Of a stretch of DNA of 64,000 nt, positions 49,518-59,829 are shown one piece after another. Under the pieces are notes generated by a model. It saw nothing but the letters and a program-made list of their open reading frames with translations. It searched no databases and was not told the DNA's origin. Every line of letters starts with the position of its first letter. The stretch's first letter is position 1. The stretch is from Macrostomum hystrix (lineage: Eukaryota > Animalia > Platyhelminthes): assembly GCA_950097015.1 (NCBI GenBank), contig CATNEN010000034.1:6200001-6264000 (forward strand). The letters are read 5' to 3'. A program made the position numbers and the translations under genes.

Positions 49518-51734
49518 ATGTTCGCACTGAGCGCCAGCTCCGTTGGCGACGCGGCGGCCAGGCGGGCTGCTGAGGCGCGAGAGGCGGAGGCGGCCGCCGA
49601 GGCCGCAGCCGAAGCGGCGCTGCAGAGCCGGTACGGAAGACGCTGCGGCATGGTGGCGGCAGCTGCGGTGGCGTCGGTCAGCGCTTCTCCATCTCAGCAT
49701 TCGTCGGCTTCGTCCGCGGCGGCAGTGTCTACGCCGCAGCGATCCTGGCAGCAGCAGCAGCAGCATGAGCTCCAGTCACACTATCAGCATCAGCAGCAGC
49801 AGCAGCAGCACCTTCTGCAGAATCTGCCTTTTCCACCGTCAATTTTGCCGCCGTTATTTCCACCATTTCCGATGCAGTCGCCGAGTTACTCGTGCCGCAA
49901 CGACCTTAGCGGCCCAACGCGCTCCTTTGTCGAAGTTAGCCATGAGACGTCGACCGGCGTAACTGAAGACTCCGCATGGTAAGCCCTGATTTTTATTAAA
50001 AAACTTTTACGCTCTTGAATGGCGTTCTCTAAATGATTTGTCGAGACTAAATAATTCATTTTCTTAAATTAACAAACAGCAGCAGCAGCAATCAAGTCCA
50101 CTCTGCTACCGGACCTCACGCGCTTTCGCCGGCAGTTGCTGCCGTTGCGGCCGCCGCCTCAGTTGGCAAAGACGTGGAAACCTCGCCAGAGCAGATGCGC
50201 ACCTGCGAGGTTGACGAGCCGGCCATTGGCTCAACTTCGGCTGTCGGGTCAGGCGCAGTCGCCGTCGCAGCCGTAGCTGATGAGAAAAGTCCGAGTTTGG
50301 AGTCGCTGCGCTCGTCAGCACCGGACGAAGATCTCCGGCGTCGACGTCAGCGCAGCAGCAGCAGCGGCGGTGGCGATGCTGAGCTCAGCGACCCGCCCCG
50401 CCGGGGTCCGTACTGTGACGACTTTGGCGATGGCGGCGACATGGATGATATCGACGACGAGGACGACGAAGTCGTTGACGAAGAAGTCGACGAAGACGAC
50501 GTCGACGATGCTGAAGACTGCGGCGGTGACGCCTCCACAGCGGCGGAGGAGGACGAAGAGTACCGGCGGCTGATGGAGAACGCAGAGCCAGATCGAGCCG
50601 GGGTGTACTTCTGTCACCTGTGCGACTTCACCGGTGAGTTGCATGCGATGCTTCCATTATTAAATAATTAGTTAGTACAGACCCACTGGTTCATTATCTT
50701 ACAAAATGAGACTTTCTAATTCCCAAAGATTTAAAACACGACGCAGCATGGAGATGTATGTTCTTAGCTCATTGGTGTTAGAGAAAGCGATTGGTGTTAA
50801 TACCGGAACAAGATTCGAAAATCAATGGTCAGGATCAGCCAAGTTGCGCAATGGAGCAGGCAACTCTACTATTGTTGGCTACCTGATAAAACCGGGCTCC
50901 TAAATGGACATGAGTTTTTAAGGGAATTATCAGTCCAGGCTTGTGTTGTGCTCTACTGTTTTTAGATGGAAAATGAAAAAGATTTCGCTAAGTCCCAAGC
51001 ATGAATGTCAAATTTGTAACCTCCACCACCTCACCATTCTCACACCTCAGGCGGCAATAGAGACGCATTCAAGGCTCACATGGGCACTCACTATGACTAC
51101 CAATGTCCCAGCTGCGACTATAGATCCCGCACTGAGGGCCGCCTCAAGCGGCACATCAAAGACTTCCACGCCGAGGTGCCGCCGGAGAACTATTCGGGGA
51201 AGCCGTCGGCAACGAGAGTGGCCCGGCCCAAGCTTCTGCGCTGCAAGCAGTGCTCATACATCACCGAGGAGAAGGAGGCCTTCTGGCAGCATTCACGCGG
51301 TCACATCAAGGATGAGAAGCTGCTGGAATGTCCCCGCTGTCCGTTTGTAACCGAGTACAAGCACCACCTTGAGTACCACATTCGCAATCACTTTGGCTCC
51401 AAGCCGTTCAAATGCGGCAAGTGCAACTACCAGTGCGTGAACAAGTCCATGCTGAACTCGCACATGAAGTCGCACACCAATGTGTACCAGTACCGCTGCC
51501 TGCACTGCAGCTACGCTACCAAGTACTGCCACTCGCTGAAGCAGCACCTGCGCAAGTACGGCCACCGGCCTGCCACCATTCTCAACTCTGACGGCAGCCT
51601 GCCTGACTCCGAGGCTGCCCAAGAGCTCATTGGACTGCGGATGGCCGCCAAGACAACTTCAGGAACACCGTCTGGAACTGGAGGCTGTGGCAAGCAACTG
51701 AGGCATCAGAAGCAGCAAGCAAAGCAGCAACAAA

Positions 51735-51781
<47 letters not shown>

Positions 51782-52885
51782 CAACATGAGCAGCAGCAGC
51801 AGCAGCAGCACACTCTTCATCGTCCTCAGCCAATGCTTCCACCTCTGCCATCGGTATCGACTTCGCAGCCAATGCAGCTGCCTCCGCCGCCGCCACAATC
51901 TCTCTGCTGGCCGCTGCCGCCGGCTTTCTTTCCGACGCATCTTCTGCCGTCGTTTCCCTCCGGATTTCCTCGCGCCGGCCCGCCGCCGACCCTGCCGCAG
52001 CCGCTGTCGATGCCACCGATGCCACATTCGCAACATCCTCAACTGCACCCTTTTTCACATCATCAGCCGCAGCCACCAATGTCAACCAAGTCACTGCTGT
52101 ACCAGCAGCAGCAGCATCAGCACCAGCAGCACCAGAGGCACGGTCAGCTGATGCCGCCGTTCAGCGGCCATCCGTCTGTGTCGGCAGCCATGGCAGCAGC
52201 GGTGGCCGCAGCAGCCGCCGCCGCGGCCTCCGGTGCCCCCTTCTCGCTTCCGCCGCATCTTCGAGCCGCAATGCCGCTGATGCCACCGCTGGGGCGATCG
52301 CTGCCGACACCGCCTTCTCTGACATCCTCAGCGCCGACAGCTTTGGCCGGGTTGAAGTCCGAGCCGTCAGCTCGAGCTTCAACAACTGCTCCCGTGCCGC
52401 TGGACTTGTCCGGCTGTCGACAGAGCTCCGCCAGCCAGCATGGTGGTGCGGAGGACGAAGGAAACCGGAGCCCCGGGGACGCGTCGACGCCTGACGAAGT
52501 GGAAGACTCGGAGCAGTCGCCGTCGAAGACTCCGCACTTCAAGAAACGCCTCCTTGAACAATTTGACGATGCCACCGTCGCAGGGGCAGCGGAGATGGAT
52601 GACTCTGACGCGGTAGCCGAGCCCGGACCAGCTGCTGCTGCTGCTGCTGCTGCTGTTGCTGCTTCCGCCGCTGCACTAGCGCCGTCCTCGCCGAACAATG
52701 GCACAGTCCTCGAGCGTCTGCAGGAGTGTCACTACTGCGGCATCGTGTTCAAGGAGCCGCTGATGTTCGACCTTCACATGGGCTATCACGGCTACGAGAA
52801 TCCCTTCAAATGCAACCGCTGCGGCCTGGAGGCGAGGGACCGGCTTGACTTCTTCATCCACCTGGCTCGCAATCCTCACCTGTGA
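49518..52885 (+). CDS. hb: Hunchback C2H2 zinc-finger transcription factor, ~949 aa, 8 fingers
   Basis: Exons 49518-49978, 50080-50633, 51051-52885 (phases 2, 1). The four central fingers carry hunchback signatures ([56 protein letters not shown]). There is a C-terminal pair (C..C...F.....F.LHMGYHG...PFKC..CG) and two N-terminal fingers. AATAAA at ~53349 and ~53394. Confidence 0.93.
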
Positions 52886-53451
52886 TTGCCAGTTTTTTTG
52901 CTAATTTAGTTGAGTTTCAGGAGGGACCAGTTGCAGAAATTCGAGAAGCAAAAATCCCTTCTAGAAGTTCCGGCCGGCAAAGCAGTGTCGGTTTCTGTTG
53001 AAGCCGGAACTTGAGTCTTTTTGAGCACAGGAAATCATTAGGATCTTCCTTTAAAAAGGAAGAAGGCATTTTTTCAGTTCGGCCGTTCCCGTGGAAAGCT
53101 GTTTTGCAGTGAGTGTAGATCGATATATTTACGAGTAGTTGTGTGCTAATCATATTTCTAAGCTTTTGCACAATGCTTTGTGATTTAAAGAATTATTGCA
53201 CTAAAATATTTCAGTTTATTTTTATCATCATTAGCTAGTAATCATTTTACACTTCCAAGTGCTAATAATGTTAGTTCGTGTTTCTCTCTTGCTGCCATCT
53301 TGTACCCACTAAAAAATTGATGTACAAATCATATATGCCAGATTAGTCAATAAATGCGAGCAAAAAATAGCTTACCTTATTGCTTAGTTTTGTAATAAAA
53401 CAAAAACTTAAAACTGAATATGTGTTGCTTAGATTTTCATTCGATTCAGTT

Positions 53452-53572
53452 AGGACTCACGACTTAAAGGTCGGGGGTTCGATTCTTAACGCCAGAGGAT
53501 CAAATTGTATCCTTTAGCAAGACACTTAACTCTGCATTGCTTTAGTTCAACCAGCTGTTAAATGGGTATCAG
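53452..53572 (+). mobile_element. SINE family A fragment
   Basis: GGACTCACGACTTAAAGGTCGGGGGTTCGATTC...TTTAGCAAGACACTTAACTCTGCATTGC...CAGCTGTTAAATGGGTA. Confidence 0.8.
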
Positions 53573-54241
53573 TAAGTAACCCATTTTTCTTTGCTAAAAT
53601 CTATAAATGAAATCGTTTCGGATTCATATAATAATGAAATCTTATTTATCCAGGCAGATAAGCTGTCATGCTGTTATCTATATCCAAAATACGAATCTTC
53701 TAAAGTTCGCGAGAGCCGAACTCATTAGCTAGCCTTTATCAGAGTTGAAAATACCGACTTACCCTCATTTTGATTGCATCACAGAATCTTTGCGTATACT
53801 ACAGGAGATTGAAGAACAGACGGACGGACACAGTCCAGGGCTAGAAGCATTATCTTTGGACTAGACAAACACATCAGTAAACTTTGGATAAAGGCTAACT
53901 ATTGCAATGGCAGAGTGAAACAGAAACGACTGGCCATGGCCGGCCTATAAGTTTTGACTTCTTAGAAAACTATTCAAGACACGACAGGAGGCAAGGAGGA
54001 CAGAGGGCGACTGTTGCGCAATGTCCGAGATAAGCTATGGATCATTTTGCGCGTTATGGGCCAAAACTTTTCTAACCACGAATGGGCGAAAAATTGGGTT
54101 GGCTTTGTTTAAATTTCTCTTTGCCTATACGTAACTTCATAACCATAGACAGCTACTTGCAGTAGCCACATTTGCATGTGTCATTAAAATGATTTAAATG
54201 TAGAGAAAACACGGTAGAGCGATAAAGATAAAACATGAGCA

Positions 54242-54995
54242 CAATATCCCATGAACTCAATATCCCATGAACTCAATATCCCATGAACTCAATATCCCAT
54301 GAACTCAATATCCCATGAACTCAATATCCCATGAACTCAATATCCCATGAACTCAATATCCCATGAACTCAATATCCCATGAACTCAATATCCCATGAAC
54401 TCAATATCCCATGAACTCAATATCCCATGAACTCAATATCCCATGAACTCAATATCCCATGAACTCAATATCCCATGAACTCAATATCCCATGAACTCAA
54501 TATCCCATGAACTCAATATCCCATGAACTCAATATCCCATGAACTCAATATCCCATGAACTCAATATCCCATGAACTCAATATCCCATGAACTCAATATC
54601 CCATGAACTCAATATCCCATGAACTCAATATCCCATGAACTCAATATCCCATGAACTCAATATCCCATGAACTCAATATCCCATGAACTCAATATCCCAT
54701 GAACTCAATATCCCATGAACTCAATATCCCATGAACTCAATATCCCATGAACTCAATATCCCATGAACTCAATATCCCATGAACTCAATATCCCATGAAC
54801 TCAATATCCCATGAACTCAATATCCCATGAACTCAATATCCCATGAACTCAATATCCCATGAACTCAATCATGGGATACTCAATCATGAGATCCGAGGTG
54901 AACTCAATATCCCACGAACTCAATATCCCATGAACTCAATATCCCATGAACTCAATATCCCATGAACTCAATATCCCATGAACTCAATAACCCAT
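54242..54995. repeat. Minisatellite, 16-bp unit CAATATCCCATGAACT, ~39 identical copies plus ~5 after an interruption
   Basis: No variant unit seen between 54242 and 54869. Confidence 0.95.
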
Positions 54996-55272
54996 GATCC
55001 ATGCACGCATTGCCAAGTCGAAGGCAAAGTATGAAATCCTCATTATTCCCACCTTGTATTCCCAATCATAAAGGATATGGTCCAATTATTCGAGACACAT
55101 TTCCTTAATCTGAGCTGATTAGATCTCAGGTGAAACTAATCCAAATCCCCTTCATCCCAACTTAATTGATCAACATTCTTTCTTATCCAACCGTAATCTA
55201 CGATCTATTATTAGCTGACTCGATAGAAATTTCCATATTTGGATGTGAATCCATCATCCAATGAAATCAGGC

Positions 55273-55313
<41 letters not shown>

Positions 55314-55361
55314 ACGCTGCTGCTACTGCTGCTGCAAAAGTAGCAGAAACTGTTGCACCGA

Positions 55362-55369
55362 TATAAATA
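55362..55369 (+). promoter_or_regulatory. TATA box upstream of the GPCR, preceded by a (GCT)n tract (55273-55335)
   Basis: TATAAATA 60 nt upstream of the ATG at 55429. Confidence 0.5.
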
Positions 55370-55428
55370 GACGCAGCGAAGACCCCTCAAAGTAGGACAG
55401 TTCGACTCGAACAGGCGGAGCTTCGACA

Positions 55429-56619
55429 ATGGATCGAAAATTCGTCGTGTCCTCCGAGCTCGCACTGGACAATGATAGCGTCGGCGTGAACGACACCACC
55501 TGGCAGACTGCGTCGGGCGGCTACAATATCGCCGCCGCACTCGCCGGCCCGACCGCCGTGCTCATCTCCATCGCCGGCGCTGTCGCCAACATCGCCGCAC
55601 TGGTTGCCTGGCGCGGCAGCGGCGGTCCGAGGTGTCGTCAGCACGCGGCTCTGGTGGCCAATCTCGCCCTAGCGGAGCTATGTCTAGCCATGGCCGCTCC
55701 GCTGGCTTGGCTTCGCCAAAGGCCTCGCGATCCGGAGCCACCGCTCATTCTCGCCCTCGCCTTCGATCTGATCCTCGGCTTTGCTCAGTCGGCCCCGATG
55801 CTGGCCGCACTCGCCGTCGCGCTGGACAGGGCGAGGCTCGCCTTTCGCCGCGGTCGACCAGCGGCTTCGTCCAGCGCCTCGACGCGTCCACCCGGTCGTC
55901 GACTCTGGCCGCTGCTCGCCGCATCCAACTGGCTGCTGAGCGCCGCGCTGCAGGCTCCGGCCGTCTGCGCAGTCGGTGCCGCACTGGCCGACGCCGACGA
56001 GTCCTCGGTCTTGAGCCTGTGGCGCTGGCAGCGGCTTCTCACAGGCTGTGAGTTCGTGATTGTCTTCGCCGCCCTGGCCATATGCAACTTCATCGTTGGC
56101 CGACGCATCGAGCGCGGTAGTCGGCGTCTTCAGCGACAGCTGCCCGCTGTCTGGGAGCTGCGGCTGCATCGTCAGCAACTGGGCCGACGGCTGCAGCAGG
56201 GCGACTCTACTCGGCGGCTGTTGTACCGATTTTCCTCATCGGCTCAGTCGTCCACCTACGCCGCGACTTCAATGACGACGACGGCTTCAACTGAGCCGCA
56301 GAGGCGCCAGCTTCGCCGAGCGATGCGCTCTCTCGCACTCCTGGTGCCGCTGTTCGCTCTCTGCCGCGCGCCTCGCGCCGGACTCGCCCTCGCCGACTGG
56401 CTGACTGGCGGAGCGGCCCTGGCCGAGCTGGACGGCCGCCTCCTGTGCAGGATTTACCTGGACCTGCTGGCGCACCTGGCGAGCTTGCTGGATCCGCTGG
56501 CCTACGCTGATCGCCGCTGCAGGGCGCGGGCCCGCCGATGCTGCCTCATCGTGGCTGGCGGTTCCGGCGCCGCCGCTGGAGCCACGCCGCAGCGCCAGGC
56601 CTCGCCGGCTGCTGTCTGA
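55429..56619 (+). CDS. Divergent rhodopsin-like (class A) GPCR, intronless, 396 aa
   Basis: Seven hydrophobic segments with class A-like motifs: GAVAN (TM1), NLALAE (TM2), LAVALDRA (TM3), W in TM4, RSLALLVPLFALCRAP (TM6), LLDPLAY (TM7). N-glycosylation sequon NDT at the N-terminus; long basic ICL3. Confidence 0.85.
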   Translation: MDRKFVVSSELALDNDSVGVNDTTWQTASGGYNIAAALAGPTAVLISIAGAVANIAALVAWRGSGGPRCRQHAALVANLALAELCLAMAAPLAWLRQRPRDPEPPLILALAFDLILGFAQSAPMLAALAVALDRARLAFRRGRPAASSSASTRPPGRRLWPLLAASNWLLSAALQAPAVCAVGAALADADESSVLSLWRWQRLLTGCEFVIVFAALAICNFIVGRRIERGSRRLQRQLPAVWELRLHRQQLGRRLQQGDSTRRLLYRFSSSAQSSTYAATSMTTTASTEPQRRQLRRAMRSLALLVPLFALCRAPRAGLALADWLTGGAALAELDGRLLCRIYLDLLAHLASLLDPLAYADRRCRARARRCCLIVAGGSGAAAGATPQRQASPAAV

Positions 56620-56689
56620 CTGAATGCGAATCAGTTATGCTCTTTGACACTTGGCTGTACCGATTTTTTCTTGTTCTTAGATTCTAGAT

Positions 56690-57130
56690 TGTAGTTCTAT
56701 TGTCACTCGGTTGTAGTTCTATTGTCACTCGGTTGTAGCTCTATTGTCACTCGATTGTAGTTCTATTGTCACTCGGTTGTAGCTCTATTGTCACTCGATT
56801 GTAGCTCTATTGTCACTCGGTAGTAGCTCTATTTTTCGATTGCAGCTCCATTGCCACTCTGTTGCAGTTTATACAGGCACTCGGTTTTAGTTTTATTGCC
56901 ACACATTTTTAGTCCTATTGTCACTCGTTTTAGTCCTATTGTCACTCGGTTTCAGTCCTATTGTCACTCGTTTTAGTCCTATTGTCACTCGGTTTCAGTC
57001 CTATTGTCACTCGGTTTTAGTCCTATTGTCGCCCGGTTTTCGTCCTATTGTCACTCGGTTTTAGTTCTATTGTCACTCGGTTTTAGTTCTATTGTCACTC
57101 GGTTTCAGTTTTATTTTCACTCGATTGCAC
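56690..57130. repeat. Minisatellite, 22-bp unit TGTCACTCGGTTGTAGTTCTAT, ~20 copies
   Basis: Tandem array downstream of the GPCR. Confidence 0.9.
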
Positions 57131-57861
57131 TTCTATTGCCTCTCTGTTGCAGCAAAATATTTTTTGGTTGCAATTAATTTCTTACAGGATTTTTAAAAGG
57201 ATTTAATGTGCTTTTTCGATGATATCTATTTTTAATACATTTTTCCATACCACATCTGACAGTCGCTCTGCGTCTTTACTCGATTTTCTCTTTTTAAATA
57301 GTTTTCATTTTCCTGAATCGACAAATCGAAAAATTTGTATTAGTTCATTTATTATTTCTGTTGTATGTACTTACTTACTTAGGTAAATAATAGATAACGG
57401 TTCAATTTTTTGTTGCCATTCGATTATATATTTATTTTTGTAAACTTTATCGCGGCCCAATGATGGTAGTCCATTACGAGTATAGTTTAACTTTGCTCAA
57501 AAATGGACTTTGCATTGCTTAAAAGGCTAGATTATTTTAGAAGGATCTACGTTTTTTAGTGCTTATCTGTTTAGCTAGATTTTTTGCCACTAAAAGATTG
57601 ACTTTTCTACATTTTACCGTGTTTTTAACCATGTTCTACGAGTTTACGAGCTCGTAGATACATTTTTTCTAATATACGATGGGGCTCAAACTATAATCAC
57701 TTTCGCTTGCATCCGATCCGACTAATTATATTAGTCAGTCTGACTATAATAATTAATGATAATAAAGTATATTGTCAGCCGGATGCAAGAATGGCCCGGT
57801 AAACTGACGCCCTGAAGCATCAGACGGTAAATACCTGTTAGAGTCCAACATAATCAGAAGA

Positions 57862-58158
57862 GGTTGTAGCCTAGTGGTTAGGGCGTCGGACTCACGACTT
57901 GAAGGTCGGGGGTTCGATTCCCGACTCCACTGGAACAATTTGTGCCCTTTAGCAGGACACTTAACTCTGCATTGCTTCAGTTCACCCAGCTGTTAAATGG
58001 GTACCAGCATTAGCTGGGATAATTGAAGGTGGGTGTGGCGTCCCCCCAGTCCATGGACTGAAAAGCTGTACGCAGCCTTCAGATGCGCCGCGCAATAGCT
58101 GCGGCTGTGCTGTCGGCTGCACATCTGACCCAATTGGGGCAGGTGTAATCAATTAATA
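57862..58158 (+). mobile_element. Full-length tRNA-derived CORE-like SINE, family A, with 12-bp TSD
   Basis: A box TAGCCTAGTGG and B box GGTTCGATTCC; CORE-like GCAGGACACTTAACTCTGCATTGCTTCAGTTCACCCAGCTGTTAAATGGG; AAT tail; ATAATCAGAAGA at 57850-57861 and 58159-58170. Confidence 0.88.
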
Positions 58159-59829
58159 ATAATCAGAAGATAGAGCGACCGCACAATAAAGTACGAAGAA
58201 TATAGCTTTGCAATAGTAGCTGAGAGAGAGCAGTAATTAGCAAAATTTGAAAGGAATTCCGACAGGCATGTGCTTTGAAGGCCACCATGCAAAATACACA
58301 ATTCGTGTCGGATAATGAAAAAGTTGCAGAAAATAAAATCAGAAGCTAGCGCAGAACTAGCGAGCAAGTCATGTGCCTCTCAGTCCAAAGTTTTGAATCA
58401 GAAGCAAATGTTTTTTGAGAGGGGCAGAAAACATAAATGTATTTCAGAACGGACAGGCTAATTTTCTCGTGGCAATTTTCTACCTTTGTACAAAAGCAGT
58501 CTTTTTCTGCGGAGTTAGCCTTTTTTCAGAAGGCCGAAGAAAGATAGAAGAAAGTATGTATCTTGAATGTATCTTGCAGGAGGCTCGATCTGATTATAGC
58601 CAGCTAAATAACTAGCTGCATCAACTCGACTTTCAGTTCCCTCAGCCCGTGCTATTTAAATCTCCGCCAGCTGTCTAATCTTTTCCCCTCTCCTTTCTCT
58701 AATTCCGGACACTTGCAACCCTGCTCATTTTACCTGCATCTCCCTCACCTTACCATCAGCTTTCTTGCATGACCATGTATGGTCAAAGGCAGGTCACATG
58801 TTACAAGCTTGAGCTAAATATCCTTGTCAGCTTCGTGTGCCATCTCCCATTCCATATTAGTCCTGAGATTTTCACAGCGTTTAAAGTTATAAACTTATTT
58901 TTCTTTCCGTTTTTCCCCTTTTCAATTCGGTTGTTAAGTGTTATAGTCTCAGTTGCGATAAAAAAATAAATTTAAATCAGCACCTCTTTTAATGTGAATG
59001 CAATATAATATAATTGAGAATTATAATAATTAGGACTTGAAAAATTATTAAAAAACTTAAGTTTCAATGAATACTACAAATTATCGCTAATAACTTTCTG
59101 TTCGTACTTTGTTTTGGGAAGTAAAAATCTGATAAGCAAAATGCATTAGAGAACAGATTAGAAAAAGCATTAGAAATCAAGAGAACAGATAATATAGTTA
59201 TTTTGAAGTAAAAAGAAAAGGTAGCAAAGGATCAAAGAAAGAATTTAAATATTTATTACACAATTTTTTAGCAATTTTCAACATAATGAAAAGAAAGCGA
59301 TTCTCTTCGCTTGCTTAGCGTTTTTATTATTTATTAACATTCTACTGAAAACTGTAGACTGTTTGATAAACGAGAGAAATATAATTGTATACATTAAACC
59401 TCGAATACTTAACAGAAAAAAGATTGGGTTTTTGTCAATACACTCGTTATCTTGATTATTCTTGTTGAACCCAATCACGTTTAGAAAGAACAAAAGTAAA
59501 ATGCTCTTTCCGGTATGATATCATTCCCGCATAAAATATTGCTAAAACTAAAATATTAGCTTAAAATTCATATATTTAGAATAAACGCAATGCATGTCTT
59601 TTTTATTTACCAAAAAATATTTTAATAATTTTGTTTTCAACCACTGCTACAAAAACTCTCAAAACCACCGAACTATGTGCAAAAATGTCGTTAGGTCGAT
59701 TGACATGGTATCGATAGGTAATCGGGGACTGTATTTTTCACATATTGTTTGAGGTTCTAGAAATTGCCTTTACTTGCTATATTTACATGCAAACGCATAT
59801 TTTTTCGCGCATATGTCGATTCCTTAAAC

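Noticed and set aside
51293-52879. Antisense ORFs over hunchback (likewise over CNBP, USP, the NACHT gene and the GPCR)
   Set aside because: Expected stop-poor shadows of GC-rich coding sequence; no independent protein motifs.
52886-53400. Nanos response element in the hunchback 3' UTR
   Set aside because: No GTTGT-N5-ATTGTA and no perfect TGTAHATA were found; only an isolated GTTGT (~53138) and TGTACAAA (~53321).
57862-57935. Possible tRNA gene (also 790-858 on the minus strand and 8177-8245)
   Set aside because: A and B boxes are present but there is no paired acceptor stem, and the sequence continues into a SINE body with tail and TSD.
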